From Callorhinchus milii (lineage: Eukaryota), in assembly GCF_018977255.1 (NCBI RefSeq), contig NW_024705101.1, positions 1 to 64,000 of the forward strand: a stretch of 64,000 nt of DNA, given 5' to 3'. Below the pieces are notes generated by a model. That model made no database searches, was not told where the DNA came from, and was given only the letters and a program-made list of their open reading frames with translations. The position numbers and the translations under genes were made by a program. Shown here piece after piece: positions 11,301 through 24,276 of this stretch. The stretch's first letter is position 1, and every line of letters begins with the position of its first letter.

Positions 11301-12807
11301 GGTTTCGGATATTACTCATGGTAACCGTGGCCAGGAATGAAACTCAGGTTGCCGGCTTTATAAGCAGTGTGCTAACCAGTGCGCCACCACTCCACTCGAT
11401 ACAGTAACGTGCTTATTCACTTGTCACGTTTTGAATTTGACAAATTCGCACGCCGGTTGTTGGATAGAATTTGTTATAAATGTAACACACTGGATATATC
11501 TCGACCGAGATGCATTTGTCTCATATGCGGGGAGCGTCCGAATCCCATAAGGTGCCGTTTATTGTCAGAAATGTCGATGCTAAAGGACGTTTTGTCACAG
11601 GCTTGAGATCTTTAGAACTGCATCAATATTTTTTTTCCTCCGGAATTTAATCGGTAACTGTTAACCTGTCAAAGTGCGCTATTAAATATTACATATCCAT
11701 AAACAAGTCGGGACCTTTATTTAACCTTAAAAACACACACGTTATAAAGGATGGGATCCTCCTCTCGCGAATCAGAGGCATAAGTCGAATTTTAATCCCA
11801 GGCAGAAAACTGGTCCCCTTCACGTAAAACATCAGCCCCAGGCCCACCCCATGCAAGCACGTGTTATCCTAGGATGGTTCTTCGTTGAAGGATGATGCAG
11901 CCCCAAAATGATTTGCTGCTATTTTGTAGGTAGGCTTTGAATGTGTCTGAGCCCGTCAGGTTTAAAAAGCTAAGCTGATTTTGAGCCTGGGTGAGTGCTT
12001 GGATGGACGACAATCGTGCTGTATCAACAGGTGTCGTTGGCTGCTGCTGCCGCTATGTTGTCAGCAGAGGACGGTGCAGCCAAATGCATTGTTGTACTGT
12101 ACTATAGCCGATGTCAAACTCTCTATGTCTTCACCCACCCCCACCGACCAGCCTGGTTAAAGGATTGCCAAACAACAACCCCCATGACCCAACGTGGCGT
12201 GGGGAGGCGTACGTCCAGAAGTGAGTTGACAAAACGGTTGTGCATGCGCATGTTGTAGGACAATTATCACGAGCTTGAAACCTCGTTAATGAGAGAGGTG
12301 GGGGGGGAGGAGATGCGCCTTTGCGATCCACATCCGTGGCACGTTCTGCCAACATCGCAACCACTATGCAGCCCCTTCACCTCGACTATCCACAAGGTGG
12401 GAACTCCATGACCTCTGGCCATGCCATGATGTACGGTGCATGGTAGGAGTCCTCTCCGTCTACCCAGCGGATTTTAAATCCGTAATGCCAGCACCAATGC
12501 ACTACAGCCAGGAGCCAGGATTTGACAAGAGAATCGCCAATACAGAAGCAGATTTCTTCTGCCCAATTGTCATTTGGATCTGTATTATTTTAAAAACATA
12601 ATTGGTGGCAGAAAATTATATTTTTGCTTGCATCTTCCTTTTGATGCAGTAATAAAATCTGACCCTACTTAGCTTCTGAGCTCATCTAATGAGATCAATT
12701 ACAGTGATCATACTGTGAGTATAAGAAACTATCTACGTGTTTCATACTTGAAATGAAGGACGTGGGCAGGTGCTCCAAATCGAGGGAAACACATTTATTG
12801 TGGTAAT

Positions 12808-13420
12808 CTGTAAAATGCAACAGCACGTGTGTCACACACAGCAATTCTCAACCGAGTCGCCATTACCAACGTGACTGGTGTACCGGTCAGGTTACTCAAT
12901 AACAGTTTCCTTTCAACCCAATTCCACTACTGATACACCATCTTTGTATTTAATCATAACCTTTACACTTCACTATTCGAATTTTACTTTAATCCTAAGC
13001 TGTATGTCTATCTATACCATCCACTTATATTGATATCTTACACCCATTATCTGTACTGTATATGTACTGTACTTGTCACCATTGTACAACTTACTGCTGT
13101 ACAGATGTTCTATTCTTAATAGCATTGCAAGTAGTCATACTGTGGGTGCATGGGCATGGTTATAGAATAAACAGTATTAGGGTTAGAGAATTACCAGTAT
13201 TAACTACAGTACGTCATCCTTTACAGTGTTAAACCCCCTCCTATTGAATATATCACAAACTACCAATTCAAGCCAAGCTTAAAGACTAGAACATGTATAT
13301 AACTATAAAAACAACATTTGGTCCTTTACCTGTAAAATGCAACAGCACGTGTCACAGCAATTCTCAACCGAGTCGCCATTAACCACGTGACTGGTGTACA
13401 GGTCAGGTTACTCAATAACC
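12808..13420. repeat. ~95-bp direct repeat pair (12808-12904 and 13329-13420)
   Basis: CTGTAAAATGCAACAGCACGTG...CAGGTTACTCAATAAC occurs twice. Confidence 0.8.
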
Positions 13421-13928
13421 CTGCCAGCCACCTACAGGCCCGACTCAGTATCGCATGCTGGTGTACACACGTGCATTGATGTACTGCACAGCACATAAGG
13501 ACCTTCACAAAACCACACTTTACTCCATTGCTGCAAGAGGAAATAATTAAAAGAGGGGTCCATTCCTAATGTGCCACATACGTAAAGTGCTAATGTGTCG
13601 TACATTGGCTGGGTGCTGCATATAAACTGGTGAACTGCTATGAACAGAGAATGTGCCAACACGAGTTATATATCTACATTGAAAGCTAATTTCTAATTTG
13701 AATCAGTTCTTTCGAACTGCGTGTTTAGTTTGTCATCCTCCCCCCGTACCTCCGATTAGCACGGTTGGTTACGTATGGTGTGAAAAAAAGTTCAACACAT
13801 ACGTAAGTTCAACACGCATAGTTATCTCCAGCTTGCTGGAGATTTAGACTCAGAGGCAAAGGGTGGTAAACGCGCAGCCCTGGAATTTCCTGCTCACGTA
13901 CTGCTGGCAGACGATGCCTGAACTAGGG

Positions 13929-14108
13929 CAGGGGTCAGAAAATTCAATGACAAAAAGAGCAGTTTTTTTCGAATTCGGTAAAAAAACCCACAATATTTCA
14001 AGAGCGAAAGGAATGTAAATACGAGGTGGTGGTCCTTAATAAATAACGTCACAAAGCAGTCCTTAGAGAGCTGCGTGCGGCTCCAGAGCCACAGGTTGCC
14101 GACCCCTG
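13929..14108 (-). mobile_element. hAT (Charlie-like) MITE
   Basis: CAGGGGTC...GACCCCTG termini; flanks AACTAGGG/CACTAGGC; homologous to 771-1139. Confidence 0.8.
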
Positions 14109-14276
14109 CACTAGGCGAAGCTCGATAGAGCCTCACTAAATTATATTTTCATAATACAGTTTTTTTTTTGGGTTAGATCGCTTAAATATATAAATGTGTC
14201 GTTAAACCCTCCACCTCCTGGCACAGCCAATTAGTAAGGTTTGTCACGTAAACAAAACATGCCAATTCATTACTAA

Positions 14277-14934
14277 TGTAGTGAGTTCAACTGAGTTGCA
14301 GACGTACTCTTTGGAGGCAACACATTTATTGATACCAACACAAAGGGGTAACTGCCCCTTCACCAGATAACAACCTATGTTGTTGGACCACCAGGCTAAC
14401 TACACCAATACACACGGAGTAGCTACAACGGACAGGACCCCAGCTTGGGTCCAGGTCCACGTGTTGGTGACTCTTCACGGACGTCCAATGTAGATCTTCA
14501 GATGACAACAGCAACGCTCCCCCCAGTCCCTCTGGGAACCCGGCTTATATCCTCACTGGTTGTGGCTGGCTTCGCCCTTGGCCACGACCACCTTCTCGAA
14601 TCCTCTAGCAGGATATCGCCCAGACACTTGACCACCCCTAGCCCTCCACTCAGGGCTCCTGTGCAGACTGTACCAGTCACATGTCCTCCGGGATCAACCA
14701 GAGTGCCATGGCCTATAGTAACCCTATTCCATGGCTGACACTTTCACACCCCATCCTATAGGGGTCGGCACTGCACGCCGAGCGTGGTGCCACTCAGCAC
14801 TATGACTCAGCGCTCACCTAGCCCCTCTAGGGCCGGTACTACACCCACATATACGGGGTGTCCACGATGTGAGCACATTGCACGCTGTGCCTCTCTAGGG
14901 CCGGCATTACAGTGACATCCGCGATGTCACTACA
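14277..14934 (-). mobile_element. Solo LTR
   Basis: TGTAGTGA...TCACTACA termini; 4-bp TSD CTAA/CTAG; minus-strand AATAAA near 14325; the flanks rejoin into the family-B sequence. Confidence 0.8.
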
Positions 14935-14973
14935 CTAGTACAGCACACGGGTGCGTTGCACAAATCTGGCTGT

Positions 14974-15013
14974 CGCCTGATGAAGCTAGTTGTAATTAAT
15001 AGCGAAACGTCGT
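14974..15013 (+). ncRNA. Minimal hammerhead-ribozyme-like motif (family B)
   Basis: CTGATGA(14977-14983)-A-GCTAGT-TGTAATT-AATAGC-GAAAC-GTC. Confidence 0.7.
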
Positions 15014-15814
15014 ACACAGATTGTAAATGTTGTGGCTTGGCTCTCCAACACACCGGCGTGTGTACTCTCTGTCCACCACAGTTTCTGCTGCTGTCCACCA
15101 GCCGGCGCTATTACACTACATCACCCCCCCCCTTGTTTAAAAAAGCAGCCGTCCCAGCTGATACACAGAAATGTAACCGGGTGGACAGGCAGAGCAACCC
15201 CAAAACCGAGGAACGTACAAAAAAAATACAGTCGCGACACTGTGACGATTTAACAACTTATAACGCCAGTCGTATAATTTCAACGATTTCTGACACCAGT
15301 TGTGGTGTCGGTGATTCGGAGGCGAGGTTTGAAGGATGCACCTTTTATTTAGAACATCCATGGCCTCGTCTGCACACTCTCGACAGTCACTTAGCCTAGC
15401 CTATACACAACACTAGCCGTCTAACACTAACGGCGCTGACTGAGACAGCCAACTACTATCTAGCAGCGCAATATCGAGCAAAGACGGCAGCGACGAGATG
15501 AATCCAATCCCAGAACCGGCAGCCTCGAGCTCCCGCTCTCGGCTCCTTCTATCCTACCAGCGTGGCCTAACTGCGCCTTGGCCGCGCCTCCCTTCTCGAA
15601 CCCACTAGCTTCCAGACGGGGTCCTCTGTGACCCTTGCCCCAGTTCCTCCGCCCTGCCAACACACCTGTGCACACGCTCACTGGCGTGTGTACTGTTTGT
15701 CCACCACAGTTGCCGCTGCTTTCCACCAGCTGGCGCTATTACACCTGTATTATGGATGATATTGGTCGCGAAAGCCTACGTGTTAAACAAATTATATTTT
15801 GTTTACTAACCAAC

Positions 15815-16130
15815 GCTGGAGGTGGAGTGCCTACACTTTACCCCACCACATGTCGTGGGTTCGATCCCGAGCCTGACGCCTGCTGTATATTTGGAGTATG
15901 CATGTTCTCCCTGTGGTTATGTGGATTTTTTCTCCAGGTCCTCCGGTTTTCCCCTCCACATTTAGAAGCATTACACATTTTGAAACAACCTCACACGTTA
16001 AGTGTATTTGGCTGCTATAAATGTCTACACGATAATACCACTTCATTGCGCTATCGTTTGTGATAGCCAGGTCGCTTCTGAAAAAGAGCTAAATAGCTCA
16101 GTGGGCCATACCTGGTACAAATGAAAAATA
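15815..16130 (+). mobile_element. tRNA-derived V-domain SINE
   Basis: GGTTCGATCCC B-box, GGAGTATGCATGTTCTCCC...CTCCGGTTTT and ACCTGGTACAAAT tail. Confidence 0.8.
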
Positions 16131-16989
16131 GATTTTAGCTTTTATAGTTTTCACAGCTGCGAGTTACCATTAAAATGTACCAAATATACAACCCATGGGC
16201 TCTGTTTTCGGGCTTCTGTCCACAACATTTCTGTGCCCCCCCCCAACCCCTCCCCATTGTTATTGCTCGCGTTCTGTCCCGGGCTCTTGTCGAAAAAAAC
16301 AATAACATATTTTTAAAATCCTGTCTGAGATCAACACAGCCCATCATCTCTGCAGAGGCATGCCTACACGATGAAGGACCAACGCTATTGAAAACAGAAG
16401 CTACCCCACTAACCATAGGAATGTAAAACATTCAACACTGACTCAGTGCCTCGGTGCCTCATGCTCACTTGAGCAGGGCAAGTTATTTCATTTTCCATTT
16501 TCCATACATAATCAATAATAGTGGCTGAGTCTATATACAGTACCGTGGTGTTGTCTTCTGTGTACGTAATGCAAAGTAGAAATTGTCCTTTCTGGAAATA
16601 GGGTGGTTGGCCTCTTTTACAAAAAAGGTTTTTATAGGGGGTTAAATTGCGTAAAAGTGTCGTTAACCCGCCACCACCCGACGCAGTCAATTATTAAGGT
16701 TTGTCACGAACGCCTCCGCGTTAAACTGGTTGTCCCCGTGACCTTCAGTGCCCTTACTTTTACGCTGCCTTTCCAAGAATAATTTTGGGCTAAAGATCAA
16801 TACCACGAGTGTGGTGACGGAATGCACTGACAATTGCCCATTTGTTTTGGATAATAGTTTGTGCCGAATGGCATCAATCTTTCTCAACAATGCTGGGTGT
16901 AATTTGCGTTCACCTTGTCCGTCTAATCGGCTCTAAGAGGCTGACGTAACCGAACTAGAGTGATGTATGTGCACAAGTTGTTGTTGGGA

Positions 16990-17490
16990 AAAAGGTTATT
17001 ATCTGGACAGTCATTTTTGGCATTGGTTCGAGTGGACTCTCACGTTTCACCTCAAGAGATCACAAACAGTAGCTTTCGAGTTCTGGCTCAGATCCCCGGG
17101 ATTGGTCTCTCAGAACTATAATGTTACCTCCACATTCCAGATGTTTCGGTTGCCAAACGAATACATTACAAGGTCGCACTCATTACACACAAAGTGCCTG
17201 TTACAAATGAACCACAATATGTTGATGATCTGGCCAAGGAACAGATCCAGTCATCCTCGCAGCAGCTGCTTTTGGCTAGCCATCGAACAAAGATGGTCAC
17301 TGCATCGTGTGCTTTCGGATGTGCTTCTGCGGTCGTCTGTAACGCTCCTCCTTTGGATATTAGGAAGCCACTGGAGCTGTACACTATTCAACCTACATTG
17401 AAACTAATTTCTTTAAAACTAACTGCTTTTTGTGTTTAGTGTGTTTTCCCATCCCCCGCACCTCTGATTAGCACGGTTGGCTACGTGACA
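16990..17490 (+). mobile_element. Decayed L2-type LINE 3' end
   Basis: Degenerate peptide SSSQQLLLASHRTKMVTASCAF..ASAVVCNAPPLDIR..LK fits the L2 ORF2 C-terminus. Its tail CCCGCACCTC(C/T)GATTAGCACGGTTGGCTACGT recurs at about 5100-5141(-), 13740-13805, 26042-26085, 27768-27826(-) and 29025-29078(-). Confidence 0.65.
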
Positions 17491-18461
17491 CACGCAGAAG
17501 TCTGGAGGCACCACGATTTATTAACAACTTAACAGGGCTATGGGTTAACAATACTTGGGGTTATTCTAGACCCCCAAAAGGGGTCTCTACATAAACCGAC
17601 GACCGATGCTCCAAGACCCCTGAAGCAACACCGCACGGTCAGCTCTTCCCGCCAGACTAACCCCGATCGCTCCGCCTCCGTCCCTCTTATCCCCTCGAGC
17701 GTGGCTTCGCTCCACCTCCGGCTACGCCCCTTCCTCGGTCTCTCGCGACAGAAACCTGCTCTGTAGGGCCTGCTACCCCGCCACGTCTCCGTCGACCCCA
17801 TCGAGAGGTACGTGTGCACTCATTCACCAGTTGTGGTTGTAGTCGGCTTATATGCCGTAGAGACGCTATTTACTTCTCTACACATACATATAATTTCAAA
17901 CCCAGCAAATAGAGAGAATATTTGAAGGTAGAGGTACAGCCCGGCAACTGCTTTCTCGCACCACTGCTGGCAGAAGAGCCACTGCCAGCAGGGGCTGGAG
18001 ATTTAAGACATTTGCCCAATATTTCAACTGCCCTGCCTGGGGATTCTGGACATGCCAGCGTTCTTGACAGTGGTGAACGGAGAATGGAGATTCACCATCT
18101 ACCCCTACAAGGCACAGTGAAGGTTGTGAAACGTCAAAGATAAGGTCAAACTGCCTCCATGTTCAAATGAGCAATGGGGTAGTGCTCATCTAAATTGTAA
18201 TCCTAATTGGGGGGGGGGGGGAAGCATTCCACTTTCCAATGATAGTGGCCACATTTTATATAGTACGAGCAATATTGACTTAATGCAAAGTGGTACTTAT
18301 TTATCAACCCCCAACCAGAAAATGGGCTGGCAACCTTCCAGTTCCAGTTTGAGTCGGTTGCTCTGAACACAGCGCCACCTGGGCTGCTATAAATTTCCAC
18401 GTTATAAGCCACTTCGTTGAGCAATCATTTGTAGCCAGTTCGTTTATAAAAAAAATAGCTA

Positions 18462-18655
18462 TGTAAAGTAGGAGCCGACACCAGATTGCAGGGGTCTCGT
18501 CCTTTATTCCTTTCCATCCACACCTGTCCCCAGCCGTCCCAATCTCGTTCCCGCCAAAGGCCCCTTCTTCCCGCCCGTTCTCTCCTTATATCTCTTCGAT
18601 CACCCCTCCCACTAACCCATCTATTGGTGGGAATCCTTCCCCTGACACCCCTACA
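18462..18655 (-). mobile_element. Very short (194 bp) solo LTR inserted in a V-SINE 3' half (18383-18695)
   Basis: TGTA...TACA termini; 4-bp TSD GCTA on both sides; minus-strand TATAA and AATAAA; the flanks rejoin as the SINE tail AAAAATAGCTACATAGCTCAGTG. Confidence 0.8.
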
Positions 18656-20452
18656 GCTACATAGCTCAGTGCACCTTACCTGGTGGTGGTAAAACAATAT
18701 AAACATTTGAACTAGATTCTTAGAGTGAAGGTTGGGTAAAAGTTGTAGTCAGACCAACTATTAGTCATCCTGACATTTCACATCACACTCTGGGCTGCTA
18801 ACAACTACAAGGGACCTCTGTGGCCACGTCTTTTTCCCCTGACAAATCATACTGCACCCCCTCCACCTCCTGGGGGGCACAACACGTCAGCCCTCACCAT
18901 CAAAGTGCTCCAAGGTCCCTGCACCTGGTTTCAACTGCATGTGGCCCCAGCAACATTGCTGTGGCCCGTGGCCTGGGCATCGTGAATCGGTAATCGGAGG
19001 GTGTGCTGGGGCAGACCTGGACAGAACTGTCAGATCATAAATGGATTATGTGGAAATAATTTCCCGTGTCTTCACGTGCGCACTTGCAAAACGAAAGTAA
19101 AAGATTAAAACATGATCTTACAATGTGTATTTGCTTTTTCATCGTACCTTTGTATTGGCTTTTTATCTTACCTGTATATTTGCTCATGTTTTTTTGCTGT
19201 GTATTTGCTGCTAATATTAAACAAATCCTTTGGAATTGTGACGTTATCATGGGGCCTTGCACAATTGAGCGCAACGTGGAGAAGACGCCGTGGCATGTCA
19301 AATATTCGTGTTTTGCACCAGCTGCCAAGGATTCTGGAAATGTATGTCCTCTACCTTGCGCAAACCATACACTGTTCTCCAAAGTGTATCTCCGTCAGAT
19401 GGAGTGTGTCAGTATATTCTGCGGTGTCCTCACAAAGTTCAATAGCCTTCAAAATAAACTATCCCACAGTCACGGTACAATTTCTCACGAACCTCAATTG
19501 GCTGTGTTTTTCCCCGGACCGGAGATGACTACTTAAGCAAAATGTTCCAATTGAAAAGTGGATCGCTCTGTAAGCTTTCCGGGGAACTATATTATTTTAG
19601 AACAGCCAATCGTGGAAGCCAGTACCATTATTGCTCAGCTTAGAGACTGGAAACGCATAATGAAGTGCAATGTTTATCACAGTATCTACTGGATATCTGT
19701 GAAAAATAGCTTTATAGCTCATCGGATTCCGCCAGTATACATAAATATTCTGATACTCACATGGTTGTAATCTAACACAAACGCATATGCACTGTTATGT
19801 AATGAATGTAGAGTTAGTCACTCACTGTTCATATGCATCGGCAAAGCAAGTTCATACTTAATTTTCTACCTATTGATACATATAATACCATATGCAATCC
19901 AACATAAAAAGGTAAATACATTTAAATGTAACACATGCTTACGTATCAACAGTATATTCATTACACATTCTCTATGCACACGTTTAATGAATGTGTAAAT
20001 AAATGACTGCGTGTTCTGTCTCCTGAAATAACCAGGAGGTTGTGATGTGTTCTTGTTTTGATTTATTTCACGGGTATATAAATATTTAAATATGCTGGAC
20101 GTTACCCCCCCCCCCCCCCACAAAAAAAGATCAAAATTTATTTTTGTTTTAAAAATCTTTCTGAAGTCTGCTGCTGCCTGCTTGGGTATTTGACTCCGCA
20201 TGCAGCTACCACGCTGCTAATATAAATAGAGAGCACATTACCAATACGTTAGGTGTAAGATGTAGAATATTAAAATAAACATTATGCCTTTGAAAGACAG
20301 CACTTGTTTTCATGACTGTTGGATTCATTCAATAAGGGGTGTTGTGCTCGGCACAATTTTATATTGCTGGGCTTGCAGGCAAGTGTCCACCAACTGCACT
20401 TCCTACGAGCAGTCATCATGTCTATCCGTGTACAAGCTCTTGTATACCACTA

Positions 20453-21660
20453 CAGTCTTGTTCTCTTATAACACCGCTGTAGTAGTTGCGTTCCTGAAGA
20501 ACACCGCGTTATGGAAGAATCGTTCTAATAAATAATACATAGTAGTGTAGGGTAAAGCACAGGTCCACGATAACACGTGAGATGCTTACAGTATGCAGGC
20601 TGAACAAAGACTGAGGCACGTGGGTAGCATCTAGAAGCATCTAGCAGCATCCCATCTTGTGGGATGCTACGTCGAGGCACGCATACAACCGCGTATTCCT
20701 ACTCACGTGACGTAGTTCCATTTACTCAATCCCGTAATATCCAATTCGCATCCAAGTTATATATAAAAAATTCCCCTAATACAGTAGAACATCTGGTCAC
20801 GAACGGTTCTGACCACGACCAAATCGGGTTCCGACCAAAAAATTCACAAAAATTTTGAATCTGGTCACGAACACAAACTCGGGTGGCGATCAAACACCGC
20901 CGCGGCCGATTTTCCCTTCCTCGCCATTTTTTTTTGTAAGCGCCAAATTTCCTGTTTGTTTACAAGCAACAGCGACCCACGTGTGGCCGCTTGCTCAGTC
21001 AGTCTCGCTTAGTAATCGGTCTCGGTAAGATATTAATTTTGTGAGTGTAGTCATACCCCTCATTCAAGCCGTAATTTAGAGAGCGAAAGCGCTGAGTTCG
21101 TAAATCGCTAACATAAAAACCCGTTAATCACTTATCGCATCATTCATACGATTATGCGGTGAATGCTTCCAAAAACAATACTGTACCCAAATATTACTGT
21201 TAACTTTCTTTCAATAGAAACATTAATTGCTCATACGAATATTCTCTCTCTCTCAGAATTGACCGACTTGATGTAGCAGATGAAACAATCATTTTGTTGA
21301 ACGATTCTAAACCTTGACGCGGCAATGTTAGCTTTCTCTGTTGTTCAAGGTTTACTCAGTGTTATTCAATGTTTTTACATTTAGTTTACTATTACACTGT
21401 GAATTCTATGGCATAATTAACTATTTTTGTGCTTACAAATCTTTAAAAAACAATATTTATATACAGTTCGTAAGAGTCTGGAACGGATTAATCGTATTCA
21501 CATACAATCCAATGGGGAAATTAGGTTCGAGTCACGACCAAATCGGGTTGCGACCAACGTTATGGAACGAATTATGGTCGTGACCAGAGGTTCTACTGTA
21601 CATTCATCGCGTTATATCCAATTCGTGTTATTAAAACACGCGGTATAGGAGAACGGATTT
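20453..21660. mobile_element. Older Tc1/pogo-type MITE hosting a nested MITE
   Basis: Degenerate TIRs CAGTCTTGTTCTCTTATAACACCGC...GCGGTATAGGAGAACGGATT, preceded by TA. Confidence 0.5.
20782..21598. mobile_element. pogo/Tigger-type non-autonomous DNA transposon
   Basis: TIRs CAGTAGAACATCTGGTCACGA...TCGTGACCAGAGGTTCTACTG; TA on both sides; subterminal CACGACCAAATCGGGTT repeats. Confidence 0.88.
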
Positions 21661-21953
21661 CACATTGTTTTCTTTGTGCCAGGGGAATAACTTGCGTGGG
21701 GGGGGGGTAAAGCTACGAGTTGGGGTCCCCTTGACAACCACCATGAGATGTTTTCAACAATATTGGGGCCCCACGTGGCCGATTGCTGCACCCCCTGGGC
21801 CTGGAGTGATAAGATGTAGTTACTACGCCACTGCTCTTAGCTATCTGGAAACACACGTTCCCATCAGGTTGAAAAGTCTGACCAAATTCGGAAGCCATAG
21901 GTTCTGGGGGGGAAAAAAAACCTCCCATAAACCGACACAAGTGTTGACGCTGG

Positions 21954-22833
21954 TGTAGTGCTCGACTTGACAGGACAGCTTCTTGCTTTTCTCTCTCTTT
22001 ATTTCACCAATACAGATCAACATTCCTCCAGCTAACACAATCAACATTCCTCCGCGCTCTCCACTTGCTCGCCGCGTTCCCCTGGCCTCGCTCGCTCCCG
22101 CATCTCTCCATCGACTCTCCTCTCCCCTCTCCCTGTCACAGTTCAGCCGCTCTTTATCGGCTCCGCCATCACACTCAGTCGTAACTATCAGCTTCTCCTC
22201 CCACACTCCAACCGCTTTCTACTGGCTTCGTCGTCACACTCCAGCCGCTTCTGCTGGCTTCGTCGTCACACTTCAGCCGCTTCTGCTGGCTTCGTCGTCA
22301 AACTCCAGCCGCTTCTGCTGGCATCTCCACTGCTACCCTACACTTCTCCACTGCTACCCTACACTTCTCCACTGCTTCTGGCTCCACTGCTCCATCTCCG
22401 ACATCCTGCTTCTCCTCCCAGGCGAGAACTCCCGTCCGCTTTGAAAACCCTTCTCTTTATCCCCGAGCCAATTAATCTTAAATTAATCTGAGGCATCCCC
22501 CGCGCCGCCACTCGCCCCCAGCCCCCGCTGGCACCTGGCATGTTTTCCCAGACAATGCGGCGCCACTTAGCGACAACAACAACCTCTCGGCCAATCAGCG
22601 CCCTGCGTCCTTAATTACCACTTACCACCTGCTACTGTCCTCAGACAGCGCGTCACCTCCTTTGGACAACAACAACTCCCAGCCGATCAGCGCCCTGTGT
22701 CCTTAGTTGCCCCCTACTCGTCTCTGACCTCCTCACGCCTAGCAAAAACAACACCTCGATCTCGTTTGCTCCCACTGTACGCCGTGCGACCGTACACCGA
22801 CTTCAGCGTGTTGCGCGTATTTCAGGCACTACA
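21954..22833 (-). mobile_element. Solo LTR (family also at 45825-46740)
   Basis: TGTAGTG...CACTACA termini; 4-bp TSD CTGG; end-to-end similarity with 45825-46740. Confidence 0.9.
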
Positions 22834-23344
22834 CTGGGATAGAAAATCTTAAGCTCCTAGGGCGACCAGAGCAGCAGTCCTGTGAGTGCCCATGACTCCT
22901 CCTCTGGGCTGATTAGGTTTTTGTATTCTCCAGCACTCCTGAGGGCGCCATAGGTGAATGAGTCCCCATCGTTCATCGGACCTCGGGTAATATTTGAACT
23001 TGGAACCCCTGGGGATGTTGTGAGCAGGCGTCTGATGCGGAGGTTAAGCTCACTTTGCCCCTTCCGTCGCCTCTCAGGTGTCTCAACCGTTCAATTACTT
23101 TTTTACTGGTCTCACCCAGGGCAGTGCCCTTTGAATACTCCTGGAACCCCAACCTACGATGCTGTCACGCTGACAGATTCACTTGGGGGGTGGTGGGGGT
23201 GGGGGCCATGAAGATGATTCCGATTTATGAGTGGCACGCTTCGAGAGAAACTGTGTTCACAACTCACGGGTGGCGACACAGCAAAGACCCCCATATAGCC
23301 ATAAACTGTTGGGAGCAAGTGCTGTTAGCGAGCACCTATCAAGG

Positions 23345-23542
23345 CCGGAACGAGGGGGTGGGTTGGCCAGCACCACACCCGGCCGCCTAATCTCCCCAGT
23401 GACGATGCTTACACACCGCACCAGGTACTCACTTGGGGCTGAGTCGACCTAGAGGAGGTTCAGGACTGGTACGGATAATGGTCACTGGTGTGGGCTGTGA
23501 GCGGGAATCGAACTTGAGTCGCCGTGTTCGTAGCGCACACAC
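23345..23542 (-). mobile_element. tRNA-derived SINE, second family
   Basis: Reverse complement of 6793-7000 (GGTACTCACTTGGGGCTGAGTCGACCTAG; GGGAATCGAAC B-box). Confidence 0.7.
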
Positions 23543-24276
23543 ACACAGGGATAAGGATACTCGCATTTTACAGACGCTGATGTTTGCTTATGACCTTGCT
23601 TCCTCGAAATACAGCAGTTCACTTGAAAACATTCCTAACACCCCCCCACCCGACTCTGCAGGTAAGAAGGATGATCAGCGAGCAGTGTTAGAGGTTAACG
23701 TATTACAAGTGATCTTCCAATGGGATTCATATTACAAAAGGCAGGTACCAGTAACTCATACCGTGATTCTGCTTTAAGCGTTTGAACAGACATTTTATGA
23801 GTTGTATTTTTTAAAATTCCAAAATAGTTATTTCGTTTATATATATTTAGAATTCCCACGTTGTTTGATCGTGAGTTGTTTTTTTTAGGGAGCGCTTCAC
23901 AGGCGGAGACTCCCATCGCATCTCAACTCGCTCGAAAGGGGGGCACCTCCAGTGGCAGCACCTACCCTGCGAGCAGGCATTCGTCTGCCAGCATGTGGGG
24001 AAATGATTGCTGCTGTGTGTATGTATGTTGGACTTGTTTTGCACCATACATAGCGCTAATAATTAGCGGTGCAATTTTTCAGGTTTGTCAAATTTTGACC
24101 CAGATGCCGGCACACAGTGGCTTGCTTAATTTGAATGTCGTCACGGGATCATCAGCATGCACCGTGAAGCAGGTGGTGCACACAGAGTAAGGTCCATACA
24201 CTCGCAGTCATAACCAGGGCGGCCTCTGGAAATCGAACCGTGAAACTCAATTGGCGGCTAACTGGCTACCGCTGGG

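Larger units (their letters stand above)
14160..15060. mobile_element. Internally inverted PLE terminus (family B), interrupted by a solo LTR
   Basis: 14170-14276 plus 14935-14957 match 51560-51690. The strand then flips and 14959-15060 matches 52145-52237, including the hammerhead motif. Confidence 0.75.

Noticed and set aside
21983-22444. Leu/Cys-rich ORFs here and at 45822-46376, and Pro-rich ORFs at 24240-25241
   Set aside because: Translations of LTR minisatellites and low-complexity DNA.
23595-23667. Possible small exon (…AAATACAG / …CTGCAG|GTAAGA)
   Set aside because: The splice-like signals are plausible, but there are no partner exons or recognisable peptide; cannot be supported without RNA data.
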